Assembly: GCA_965242495.1 (NCBI GenBank)
Contig: OZ251446.1
Coordinates: 458,732-522,731 of the forward strand
Direction of reading: 5' to 3'
Source: Alphaproteobacteria bacterium
Lineage (GTDB): Bacteria; Pseudomonadota; Alphaproteobacteria; MPNO01
DNA length: 64,000 bases
Positions 38,343 to 47,455 of this stretch are shown piece after piece. The translations under genes were made by a program, and so were the position numbers. Below the pieces are notes generated by a model. The model did not search any database. It was not told the origin of the DNA and saw only the letters and a program-made list of their open reading frames with translations. The first letter of the stretch is position 1. Each line of letters opens with the position of its first letter.

Positions 38343-39887
38343 TCAGCCCCGCGCGGTCACGTCGTAGGGGGTCTGTCGGAAGGTCAGCCGTTCGGCCTTC
38401 AGCGTCGCGTCCCGGAAGGCCGAGCGCGCGGCGTAGACGGTGAGCGGCCCGTCGAAGCCGCCCGCCGCGGCGCGGACGGCCGCCAGCGTGCGGCGCGTCA
38501 GCACGTTGCCGCCGCCGGCGGAGCGGTCGCGCAGCACGCCGTTGTAGAGCAGCGCGTAGCCGCGCCCTTCATGCGCGCCGAGGAAGGGGCTGGGATCGGC
38601 CGGGGCGGTCCATGGCCGGCCGGTCTCGGTGAACCAGACATGGGCGGCGAGGACGGGAAAGGCCACGTCCGGCCGGATGCGGCCGTCGGCGTCGAAGGCG
38701 GGCGGGGCGAGGCGGTGGAAGCGGAAGCCGCCGCCGCCCTTCCAGCCGACGGCTTCGGAGACGCCGCCCTGCTCGCCCTCGACGACCTTGCGCAGGCGCG
38801 GGGCGCAATGGGTGACGGCGTGTTCGCCCATCTCGACGCCGATCCAGCGCCGGCCCATCTTGTGCGCGACCGCGGCCGTGGTTCCGGAGCCGAGGAAGGA
38901 GTCGAGCACGAGATCGCCTGGGTCCGTGGCGATGTGAATGATTCTTGCAACTAACGCCTCAGGTTTCGGGGTAGAAAACGGTGTTTCTCCCTCAAACAGA
39001 TTCACGATTTCGCCTTTTGCTGTTCCAGTTGTACCAACCTCTTTATGGGACCAATGTGTCGAAGGAACAAGACCAACGCGAACTTCAGATAAGAATTTTT
39101 TGAGGCGAGGAGCATTATTTCCTGTCTCTCCAAACCATATCCGATTTTCCGCACACATTTCACGAAAGCGATCTTCCGTGTATAGCCAACATCGGCCTGG
39201 TGGAGGATCAACCATTCTTCCTGATGGAAGGGTGATCGTGAAAAATTGATCTCTTCTTCGTCCCTTTTCGGCCTTGGCGTGCATAGGAAGGGATGACCAA
39301 TCACCACGAGGGTCATTATCCGGATTCTTGAAACGAGCTATCTGTTCTTCAGAACTTGGCAAAGGATTCCTGATTTCACGCCAAATACCACGATTCTTCG
39401 CAAAAATCAGAATGTTGTCATGAACGTTTGAAATATCTGTCCGATTCTCCCTCGTGTGTGTACGTTGCCAAAATATATCCGCTACAAAGGAGTCGCGACC
39501 GAACACTTCATCCATGATGACCTTGAGATAGTGCCCCTCGTTGTCGTCGATGGAGACCCAGATCGAGCCATCGTCCGCCAGCAGGTCGCGCAAGAGCTCC
39601 AGCCGCGGCCACATCATGGCGAGCCATTTGGCGTGCTCCAGGCTGTCGTCGTAATGCGCGAAGGCCGAGCGCGTGTTGTAGGGCGGGTCGATGTAGATGC
39701 ACTTCACCTGCCCGGCGTAGAACGGCAACAGCGCCTTCAACGCCTCCAGGTTGTCGCCCTGGATCAACATGTTGTCCGCCGCCGCCTCCCCGGCGGAGAG
39801 CGCCGGCGCCTCCTCCAGCAGCCGGTAGGGCGCGCGCGACGCCGCGCCGATGTCCTCGTCCCGCGTCAACCAATGCAGCGTCGGCAT
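38343..39887 (-). CDS. mod: Type III R-M Mod subunit (N6-adenine DNA methyltransferase)
   Basis: DPPYN motif IV, SAM-binding FLGSGTT. Central target-recognition segment 38940-39480 is about 45% GC. Confidence 0.85.
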   Translation of the reverse strand: MPTLHWLTRDEDIGAASRAPYRLLEEAPALSAGEAAADNMLIQGDNLEALKALLPFYAGQVKCIYIDPPYNTRSAFAHYDDSLEHAKWLAMMWPRLELLRDLLADDGSIWVSIDDNEGHYLKVIMDEVFGRDSFVADIFWQRTHTRENRTDISNVHDNILIFAKNRGIWREIRNPLPSSEEQIARFKNPDNDPRGDWSSLPMHAKAEKGRRRDQFFTITLPSGRMVDPPPGRCWLYTEDRFREMCAENRIWFGETGNNAPRLKKFLSEVRVGLVPSTHWSHKEVGTTGTAKGEIVNLFEGETPFSTPKPEALVARIIHIATDPGDLVLDSFLGSGTTAAVAHKMGRRWIGVEMGEHAVTHCAPRLRKVVEGEQGGVSEAVGWKGGGGFRFHRLAPPAFDADGRIRPDVAFPVLAAHVWFTETGRPWTAPADPSPFLGAHEGRGYALLYNGVLRDRSAGGGNVLTRRTLAAVRAAAGGFDGPLTVYAARSAFRDATLKAERLTFRQTPYDVTARG

Positions 39888-39890
39888 CGG

Positions 39891-41228
39891 CTATCCGTCC
39901 GCCTTAATCGGAACGCCGCGCATGGCCTCCTCGTATTCCTTGATCCACCGCTCGGCCTCTTCCTTCGTGTAGGTGCCGGTTATGGCGCCGCTGTCTTCCG
40001 GCAGTTCGTTGCTTGCCGGCTTGCCGATATGCGGTTCCAGTGTCTCTCGCAACTCTTTCGTTTTCTTCTCAGAAAGATTAGCAGTAAGAGAGTCTAAGAT
40101 TTTCTGGTCAAGACCATTCTGAAGAAAGGATCCGGACAAATCGCTCTCTCGGCCGATCCTCACGTGGATACAATTCTTGAACGATGGACATATGATAAAT
40201 TGGCAAGTAACTCCTTGCAGTTTCGTCCTGCTAAGGATCGCCCCTTGTAGTTGCGCTTCGTCAAGGCTCGCCCCTTGTAGCTGCGCTCCGCTAAGGATCG
40301 CCCCTTGCAGTTGTACTCCGTCAAGGATTGACCCTTGCAATTGCGCATCGGCAAGGTTCGCCCCTTGTAGTTGCGCTCCATCAAGGCTCGTCCCTTGCAG
40401 TTGCACCTCGTAAAGGTTTGCTTCTTGCAGTTGAGCCCCGAAAAGGTTTGCTCCTTGCAGTTGCGCATCGTAAAGGTTCGCTTCTTGCAATTGTGTCTCC
40501 TCAAGATCCGCCTCTTGCAGTTGCACCCTCAGAAGGGATGCGTTTTGCAGTTGTGCCTGGAAAAGATTCACCCCTCGTAGTTGCGCACCGGAAAGGCTCA
40601 CTTCTTGCAGGCGCGCCCTGGTAAGATCTGCTCCGTTCAGCCAGCTTCCCTGCAAGTCGATACGGCAACCTCTGAAGATCTCGTGCTCCTGCACGAACAA
40701 CAGAGTCAACAAACTCTGAATCTCCGTCGAGGGCTCCGATTTGTGTTTCTCCTGGTACCCGTCCTCCCCCGTCGTCCGGCGGATGTGGGCGCAGAGGATG
40801 TCCAGCGCCGTCTGGCGCATGTCTTCGGTGTTCTGCGCCAGATGGAAGAGCTCGTAGGCCCCGCCCAGGCGCACCGAGTCCGACTCGTGGCCCAGATGTT
40901 CGATGGCGTTCTTCAGCCGCTCCTGCCGCCGCCCGTCCTCCGCGCCCTGGTTGGCCGCCGCCTGCGCGTTCGCGGCCTTTTCCATCGCCACGGCGCGGCG
41001 GTTGGCGATCACGGCTCCGATGGCCAGCAGCACGCCGCCCATGCCGACGCCCAGATATTCGAGAACCCGGAATTTCTTCTCCACGCCGAAGAGGTAATAG
41101 GCCAATTTCGGTTCTTCGGAAGCCATGACGATGGCCATGACGACCAGAAGGAACGCGAACAGACGGACCAGCCGCGCGACGCGGTCCGCCGGAAAGAGCG
41201 CCCGCACGACTCTACGCAACATGTTCAT
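39891..41228 (-). CDS. membrane-anchored pentapeptide-repeat protein
   Basis: Two N-terminal TM helices, then more than 25 tandem A(D/N)LxxAQLQG pentapeptide units. Stop 3 nt before mod ATG. Repeat-encoding DNA is AT-rich and internally repetitive. Confidence 0.75.
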   Translation of the reverse strand: MNMLRRVVRALFPADRVARLVRLFAFLLVVMAIVMASEEPKLAYYLFGVEKKFRVLEYLGVGMGGVLLAIGAVIANRRAVAMEKAANAQAAANQGAEDGRRQERLKNAIEHLGHESDSVRLGGAYELFHLAQNTEDMRQTALDILCAHIRRTTGEDGYQEKHKSEPSTEIQSLLTLLFVQEHEIFRGCRIDLQGSWLNGADLTRARLQEVSLSGAQLRGVNLFQAQLQNASLLRVQLQEADLEETQLQEANLYDAQLQGANLFGAQLQEANLYEVQLQGTSLDGAQLQGANLADAQLQGSILDGVQLQGAILSGAQLQGASLDEAQLQGAILSRTKLQGVTCQFIICPSFKNCIHVRIGRESDLSGSFLQNGLDQKILDSLTANLSEKKTKELRETLEPHIGKPASNELPEDSGAITGTYTKEEAERWIKEYEEAMRGVPIKADG

Positions 41229-41284
41229 GAGTGCGGACTCACGCGGCGCCCGCGCCGGCCGCGGCGGCCCCGACGGAAGCACTG

Positions 41285-41440
41285 TCCTGGTCAGGAAACG
41301 GGATACGAATATGGATTCCCGCTTTCGCGGGAATGACGAGGGGGTTGTTCGCGGAGCCTGCCCCCGGCTTGACCGGGGGAATGACGAATTGTCGGCGTAT
41401 CCGCCTCGAGCCGATGGCCCTCCTGGAGCCGTCGGCGCAG
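41285..41440. repeat. composite REP-like element
   Basis: GGATACGAATATGGATTCCCGCTTTCGCGGGAATGACGAGG … GGCGTATCCGCCTCGAGCCGATGGC, matching units in the 33150-33640 cluster. Confidence 0.55.
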
Positions 41441-41689
41441 GTCCCGCAGGCCGCCTGTGTATCGCCGGCCGCGGCAAGCGCGTCGAAGACGGCATCGGCC
41501 ATGGCGTCTCTCCGGTCGGGCGCGACCATCGCGCCCGTATTCTTCGCCCCGCGATTATATCGCGGAACGCGGCCGGCGCGCCTCCATGATCCCGCCCGTC
41601 TATTCGCTTGCTCGGGGCGCCGGGGGCGGGGCATCCTGCCGCCGGCCGGGCCGCGATCCAGGCCGAACGCGGCGACGATGGAGGCCCGT

Positions 41690-42841
41690 ATGGTCCGATA
41701 CAAGTACAACTCCGCCGACAATCATCTGGACCAGCGCTGGATCCCGCGCGACCTGTGGCGAAGCCGCGTGGCGCGCCGCTTCCGCGACGCCGCGCCGAAG
41801 GTGGTCGAGATCGACGGCGGCTCGTTCTGGAGTTGGGAAGGCAAGACGATCCGGGGGCGCGACGGCGGCTCGGCCGACGGCCCCGACAACGCGGCCCTGC
41901 TGGCCGAATTCTACGGGCCGGCGGGGGTGGACGTACCGCCCGGCTCGCTGCCGCCGGCCGATCCCGATCTGCTGCTGCGGCACATGGACCTCGCCGGCAT
42001 CTACGCCTGCGTGTCCTTCGGGGCGGTGCGCAAATGGGACATCGACGACCATGACCTGCGGATGGAGGTCCACCGCGTCTACAACGACTGGGCGATGGAG
42101 ATCAACGCGGCCGACCCGGATCGGCTATTGGTGCTGCCGCATCTGCCGACCTTCGACCCGGCCGCCTGTCCGGGAGAGCTGCGGCGGATGGCGGAGAAGG
42201 GGTGCAAGGGGGTGGAGTTTCCGGCGTTCGACGCGGGCCTGCCGGTCTGGCATGAGGCGTGGGAGCCGTGCTGGGCCGTCGCGGCCGAGGCCGGCATCCC
42301 GCTATGCAGCCATATCGGCGACAAGGCGGGCGAGCCGTACCCGCCGACCGAACGCGGGGTGCGGATGGCGCATTTCTCGACCGCGCCCTTCGCCGCGGCC
42401 CGGCCGATCGCGCAGCTGACCTATGCCGGCGTGTTCCAGCGCCATCCGGGGCTCCGCTACCATTACGGCGAATGCCGCGCCGGCTGGGCGCCGTTCCTGC
42501 TCCACTGGATGGACCGCCAGGCGCGCGAGCGCCCCGGGCTGTTCGCGGAGTCGGGGCTCGAACTGCCGCCGAGCGAATACGTCCGCCGCCAGGTGACGAT
42601 CACCTTCGAGGAGGACGACATAGCCGGGCTGTTGCTGCAACACGACGAATCGATGCTGCGGGACGTCCTGGTCTGGGGCGCGGACTACCCGCATCCGCAG
42701 GGCGTCTGGCCGGACGTCGATCCGGTGATGGACCGGATCTTCGCCGGCGTCGACGCCGGGCTGCGCCACGAGATCGTGTTCGAGCGCTGCCGGCGGCTGT
42801 TCGGCCTGAAAGGCCCCGACCCGGCGCTGATGGCGGCGTGA
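41690..42841 (+). CDS. amidohydrolase-2 family metal-dependent hydrolase/decarboxylase
   Basis: GGAGG 9 nt before ATG 41690. TIM-barrel amidohydrolase_2 pattern. Confidence 0.75.
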   Translation: MVRYKYNSADNHLDQRWIPRDLWRSRVARRFRDAAPKVVEIDGGSFWSWEGKTIRGRDGGSADGPDNAALLAEFYGPAGVDVPPGSLPPADPDLLLRHMDLAGIYACVSFGAVRKWDIDDHDLRMEVHRVYNDWAMEINAADPDRLLVLPHLPTFDPAACPGELRRMAEKGCKGVEFPAFDAGLPVWHEAWEPCWAVAAEAGIPLCSHIGDKAGEPYPPTERGVRMAHFSTAPFAAARPIAQLTYAGVFQRHPGLRYHYGECRAGWAPFLLHWMDRQARERPGLFAESGLELPPSEYVRRQVTITFEEDDIAGLLLQHDESMLRDVLVWGADYPHPQGVWPDVDPVMDRIFAGVDAGLRHEIVFERCRRLFGLKGPDPALMAA

Positions 42842-42874
42842 GAGGCCGCGTCGATCGATCTCGTCACGGCCTCC

Positions 42875-42912
42875 TTCGTCCCCCCGGATGCGGAAGCGGG
42901 AATCCATTCCGG
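42875..42912. repeat. REP-like core (inverse orientation)
   Basis: GGAAGCGGGAATCCATTCC. Confidence 0.4.
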
Positions 42913-42924
42913 CCGCCCCGGGCG

Positions 42925-44094
42925 TCATGCGAGTTCGCGGGCCAGGGCCAGCAGCGCTTCGTCGGCGCCGGGCGGCCCGACGAAGGAGAGGCCGAGCGGG
43001 AGGCCGTCGAGCGAACCCAGCGGCAGGCTGACCTGCGGCAGGCCGCCGAGCCCGGCGATGCACAGCAGGCGCATCGCCTGATGGCGGAAGACGACCTCCT
43101 TGTCGGTCACCTCGGCGTCGCGCGGCGGCGCGACGCGGGGCGAGGTGGGGAGGCAGAGGACGTCGCCCGCGGCGAGCAGGGCATGAAGCCGCCGCCGGAT
43201 CTCCCGCCACCGCGTCTTGCCGGCCTCGATCTCGGCGGGGCCGCGGGCCGCGGCCCATTGGAAGCGTTCGCGGACGCCGGGCCCGAATTGGGGCTTGGTC
43301 TCGCGGATCCAGGCGCCGTGATTGGCCCAGATCTCCGACGCCTGGACGACGCGGAACACCTCCATCCAGCGCGGCAAGCCGTCGTCGCCGACGACGATCT
43401 CGCCCCGTGCGCCGAGGACGCGGGCCGCGGCGTCGACCGCGGGCGCGAGCGCGTCGGCGACGCGGCGGTCGACGAGGGCGAAGGCATCGGTCGCGACCAG
43501 GAGGCGCCGCGCCGGGGCGGGTTCCGGGCCGTCGTCGAGCAGGAGGCGGCCCACGCGGCCGAGCAGCCCGGCGTTCCGGGCGAACCAGCCGACTACGTCG
43601 AAACTCGGCGCGAACGGGATCACGCCCTCGGTCGACACCCGGCCATGCGTCGGGCGGAAGCCCAGGACGCCGCAATAGCTCGCCGGCAGCCGCACCGAGC
43701 CGCCGCAATCGGTGCCCAGGGCGAAATCCACCAGCTCCGCGGCGACGGCCACGACCGAGCCGTTGGAGGACCCGCCCGGAACCCGCGCCGGGTCGCGGGG
43801 GTTGACCGGGGTCCCGTAATGGACGTTTTCGCCGGTGAGGCCGTAGCAGAGCTCGTCGCAGACGGTCTTGCCCGCCATGTCGGCGCCGGCGTCCAGCAGC
43901 CGCCGGACCGCGGCGGCGGTCGTTCGCGCCGGCGGATGGGTGCGCAGCCAGTCGGGATGGCCAAACCCGCTGCGACGGCCGGCCAAGTCGAAGACGTCCT
44001 TGACGGCGAAGGTCAGGCCGGCGAGCGGCCCGCCGCCGGCTCCGGCGAGGGCTGCGCCGTCATGGCGACAGAAGGCGCCGAAATCGTCCTGCAT
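42925..44094 (-). CDS. amidase (amidase-signature family)
   Basis: GGSSNGS signature, Ser-cisSer-Lys triad context. 389 aa from ATG 44094. Confidence 0.8.
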   Translation of the reverse strand: MQDDFGAFCRHDGAALAGAGGGPLAGLTFAVKDVFDLAGRRSGFGHPDWLRTHPPARTTAAAVRRLLDAGADMAGKTVCDELCYGLTGENVHYGTPVNPRDPARVPGGSSNGSVVAVAAELVDFALGTDCGGSVRLPASYCGVLGFRPTHGRVSTEGVIPFAPSFDVVGWFARNAGLLGRVGRLLLDDGPEPAPARRLLVATDAFALVDRRVADALAPAVDAAARVLGARGEIVVGDDGLPRWMEVFRVVQASEIWANHGAWIRETKPQFGPGVRERFQWAAARGPAEIEAGKTRWREIRRRLHALLAAGDVLCLPTSPRVAPPRDAEVTDKEVVFRHQAMRLLCIAGLGGLPQVSLPLGSLDGLPLGLSFVGPPGADEALLALARELA

Positions 44095-44141
44095 CGGGCG
44101 CGGGCCGCGCCGGCGGGTCGGGTCGGGGAGGGGAGGGAAGA

Positions 44142-44645
44142 TCAAGCCTCGCCGTGGGTCTCCAGCATCGCCGACGCGACCGCCTCGCCGGGCGTCTTGC
44201 CGGCCCAGACGACGAACTGGAACGCCGGGTAGTAGCGCTCGCATTCGGTGAGGGCGATGTCGAGCAGGTCTTCGAGCAGTTCGACGCTGGCGCCGGGAAC
44301 GCCGCGCAGCAGGACGGCATGGCGGAACGCCGGCGCGCCGTCGTCCGACCACAGGTCGAAATGCCCGACCAGCATCTTTTCGTTCATCAGGGCCAGCAGC
44401 CCCGATACGTCGCGCCGCTTGTTGACCGGCACCCGCATGTCGAAGACGCAGGCGTAGAGAAGCGCCTGGACCTCCGGATGCCAGGACAGGAGCATCCGGT
44501 AATCGCACCAGCCGCCGGTCACCTCGACCGCCATCTCCCGTTCGCCGCCGCGCTCGAACGGCCAATCATGCGCGCCGGCGATGTGCTCCATCAGGTCGAG
44601 CGGGTTGGGCGTCGATTCGAGGATCGTCTCCAGTCCGGTGCCCAT
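44142..44645 (-). CDS. YbjN-domain protein
   Basis: YbjN-like sequence. Start uncertain. Confidence 0.55.
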   Translation of the reverse strand: MGTGLETILESTPNPLDLMEHIAGAHDWPFERGGEREMAVEVTGGWCDYRMLLSWHPEVQALLYACVFDMRVPVNKRRDVSGLLALMNEKMLVGHFDLWSDDGAPAFRHAVLLRGVPGASVELLEDLLDIALTECERYYPAFQFVVWAGKTPGEAVASAMLETHGEA

Positions 44646-45058
44646 GCGTCTCGCGCCCCCGTCCGCCGGCGGCGGGCGCCGACGGCCCGCCATGGGGGCC
44701 ATGCTGCCGGACGGGCGGGCGCGACGCAACAAGTATTTGTGGGTGGACGGAACGCTACCCCAACATTTGGTGGGGTAGCCCCGCGGATGCGCCGGGCGCT
44801 CCTTCTTGCCGCACGCCGGCCCGGGTTGGATCGCTTCCCGGGCCGACGCTAGTCATTACCGCGGAGCCGCTGGTTGATCCCGCCGCCGCGGCCCGGCCGG
44901 ATTGCCGCCCGGCCGACTCGCCAATGACGTTATGCATCCATCGTAACCGCTTGCGCGCGGGCCGCAAAACCCTACCCACGGGCCGGCGTCGAGGCTCGCC
45001 GGCGCCAGGGAACGGGTAGCCCGGCGGATGCGCCGGGCGCTTCCGCCGAATCCCGCTT

Positions 45059-45096
45059 CGTCTCGGATAGTCTCGGATAGTCTCGGATAGTCTCAG
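45059..45096. repeat. 10-bp tandem repeat (GTCTCGGATA) x3.5
   Basis: TCTCGGATAGTCTCGGATAGTCTCGGATAGTCTCAG directly downstream of ubiK. Confidence 0.6.
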
Positions 45097-45120
45097 AAGC
45101 CGCGTGGGCGCGGCGGACTC

Positions 45121-45414
45121 TCAGCCTTCGGGGCCGGGGCGGCGGCGACGGCGGCGATTCGCCGCCGCCTCCAGCTCGGCGATTCGCCGGAGCAGGTCTT
45201 CCTGTTCGGCGCGGGCCTTCGCGGCCATCGCCTTGACGGCCTCGAACTCCTCCCGGGTCACCAGGTCCATCCGGGCGATCAGGCGCTCGACCTGATGGCG
45301 GACCAGCGTTTCGACTTCGCGCCGGACGCCGGCGAGGGCGCCCAGGGCGCCTTCGGCCAGCTTGGCTGCGTCGTCGAACAGGCGGGGGCCGCCTTGCGCG
45401 CGGTCGTCTTCCAT
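45121..45414 (-). CDS. ubiK: ubiquinone biosynthesis accessory factor UbiK (BMFP/YqiC family)
   Basis: 97 aa coiled-coil protein with UbiK pattern (…LVTREEFEAVKAMAAKAR…). Confidence 0.7.
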   Translation of the reverse strand: MEDDRAQGGPRLFDDAAKLAEGALGALAGVRREVETLVRHQVERLIARMDLVTREEFEAVKAMAAKARAEQEDLLRRIAELEAAANRRRRRRPGPEG

Positions 45415-45551
45415 GGCCCGAATATGGCGGTTCGCGCCGCGGAGCGCAACGGGTCGCCGGCGGCTCGGCTTGGCCTTGCCGGCCGCCGGGCCGGGCCGTA
45501 TAACGGGCGCCGCGCTCCCGAGACCCTCGACGACAGCCGGCGGCGGGACCG

Positions 45552-46349
45552 ATGCCGACCATCGCCTTTCCCGCGATCGATCCCATCGCGCTTCAGCTCG
45601 GACCCGTCGCGATCCGCTGGTACGCGCTGGCCTACGTGCTCGGCATCCTCGCCGGCTGGCGCTACATGGTTTATCTGGCGCGGCGTTGGCCGCAGCCGGT
45701 GGGGCCCCGCGAGGTCGAGGACTTCGTCGTCTGGGCCACGATCGGCATCGTCCTGGGCGGGCGGCTGGGCTACGTCCTGTTCTACCGCCCGGCCTTCTTC
45801 GCCGACGAGCCGTTGCAGGCCTTCGCGATCTGGCAGGGGGGCATGTCGTTCCATGGCGGGCTGTTGGGCGTCGCCGCGGCGCTCCTGCTGTTCGCCCGCG
45901 CCCGCAGGACGAATTGGCTGGCGCTCGGCGATCTGGTCGCCTGCGCGGCGCCGATCGGGCTCTTCCTGGGCCGCCTCGCCAACTTCGTCAACGGCGAGCT
46001 GTTCGGCCGCCCCAGCTCCCTTCCCTGGGCGATGGCGTTTCCCGGCGGCGGCCCGTCGCCGCGGCATCCGAGCCAGCTCTACGAGGCGTTCCTGGAGGGG
46101 GCGGTCCTGTTCCTGCTGCTGTCGTGGCTGGCCCTCGCCACCCGCGCCCCGGAGCGGCCGGGGCTGATCGGCGGCGCGTTCCTCGTCGGCTACGCCGCGG
46201 CGCGCAGCGCGGGGGAGCTGTTCCGCGAGCCGGATGCGCATCTCGGGTTCGTCTTCGCCGGCGCGACGATGGGCCAGCTGCTCTGCCTGCCGGCGCTGCT
46301 GGCCGGCGTCCTGCTGATCCGCCGCAGCTCGCGTCCGCGCGCGCGATGA
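45552..46349 (+). CDS. lgt: prolipoprotein diacylglyceryl transferase
   Basis: Lgt family signature and multipass TM topology. Confidence 0.9.
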   Translation: MPTIAFPAIDPIALQLGPVAIRWYALAYVLGILAGWRYMVYLARRWPQPVGPREVEDFVVWATIGIVLGGRLGYVLFYRPAFFADEPLQAFAIWQGGMSFHGGLLGVAAALLLFARARRTNWLALGDLVACAAPIGLFLGRLANFVNGELFGRPSSLPWAMAFPGGGPSPRHPSQLYEAFLEGAVLFLLLSWLALATRAPERPGLIGGAFLVGYAAARSAGELFREPDAHLGFVFAGATMGQLLCLPALLAGVLLIRRSSRPRAR

Positions 46350-47455
46350 CCCCGCTGGAGCGAAGCCTGCGGGCGCGGATGCGCCGATACGGCCCGATCT
46401 CGATCGCCGAATACATGGCCGCCGCGTCGGGCGATCCCGAACACGGCTATTACCGGGCGCGGGACCCGTTCGGCCGGGGCGGCGACTTCGTGACCGCGCC
46501 GGAGATCAGCCAGATCTTCGGCGAGCTGCTGGGGCTGTGGTGCGTCGCCGCGTGGCGGCGGATGGGCGCGCCGCGCCCGGTCATGCTGGTCGAGCTGGGG
46601 CCGGGCCGCGGCTCCCAGATGGCGGACGCCTTGCGCGCGGCGCGGACGGACCCGGCCTTCTCCGCCGCGATCGAACTGCATCTGGTGGAGGCCAGCGAGA
46701 CGCTGCGCCGCCGGCAGCGCCGCGCGCTGGACGGCGTCCGCGCGCATTGGCGCGACCGGTTCGACGACCTGCCGGCGGGGCGGCCGATGCTGCTGCTCGC
46801 CAACGAGTTCTTCGACGCCCTGGCCAGGGAGCAATACGTCCGCGCCGCGAAGGGCTGGCGGCGGCGCTATGTCGGGCTCCGCGGGCCGGACGGTCGGCTC
46901 GGCGTCGTGGCTCCCGCCGAACCCGTCGACTGGACGCAGCGCATCCCGCCGGCGCTCCGCGACGCCGCGCCCGGCGCCGTGTTCGAGACCTGCCCGGCGG
47001 CGGAGGCTCTGGCCGCGGCCCTCGCCCGGCGGCTGGCGGCGGACGGCGGCGCCGCGCTGATCGTCGATTACGGACACGCGGCGAGCGGCTTGGGCGACAC
47101 CGTCCAGGCGGTGTCGCGCCACCGCCCCCACGACCCGTTCGATGCGCCGGGAACCGCCGACGTGAGCGCCCAGGTCGATTTCCAGGCGCTGGCCGCGGCC
47201 GCGGCGGGCGCCGCCGTGTACGGGCCCGTCCCGCAGGGCGTCTTCCTGGAGCGGCTCGGCGTCCGCCTGCGCGCCGACCGCCTGGCCGCATCGGCGCGCC
47301 CCGCCCAGGCCGAGGCGATCCGCGCCGGCTGCCGCCGCCTGACCCATCCCGGCGAGATGGGCGCCCTGTTCAAGGCCTTCGCCATCGCCCAGCCCGGGTT
47401 GGGCGCGCTCGCCGGTTTCGAGCCCGACGGGCCAGGCGACCGGTCGCGATGCTGA
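46346..47455 (+). CDS. class I SAM-dependent methyltransferase, MidA/NDUFAF7-like
   Basis: ATGA overlap with lgt. MidA-family pattern. Confidence 0.7.
   Translation: MTPLERSLRARMRRYGPISIAEYMAAASGDPEHGYYRARDPFGRGGDFVTAPEISQIFGELLGLWCVAAWRRMGAPRPVMLVELGPGRGSQMADALRAARTDPAFSAAIELHLVEASETLRRRQRRALDGVRAHWRDRFDDLPAGRPMLLLANEFFDALAREQYVRAAKGWRRRYVGLRGPDGRLGVVAPAEPVDWTQRIPPALRDAAPGAVFETCPAAEALAAALARRLAADGGAALIVDYGHAASGLGDTVQAVSRHRPHDPFDAPGTADVSAQVDFQALAAAAAGAAVYGPVPQGVFLERLGVRLRADRLAASARPAQAEAIRAGCRRLTHPGEMGALFKAFAIAQPGLGALAGFEPDGPGDRSRC

Noticed and set aside
40160-40624. Plus-strand ORFs translating to CNCKG/APCSC repeats
   Set aside because: Antisense reading of the pentapeptide-repeat coding DNA. 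They reflect the DNA tandem repeats, not genes.
40040-40700. Possible CRISPR-like array suggested by regularly repeated about 15-bp DNA units
   Set aside because: Units are contiguous with no unique spacers and lie inside an intact ORF encoding pentapeptide repeats. No cas genes nearby.
44650-45120. Possible tRNA or tmRNA-like gene suggested by hairpins in the ybjN-ubiK spacer
   Set aside because: No T-loop (GTTCRANYC) or anticodon-arm architecture. Retained only as a repeat/hairpin observation.
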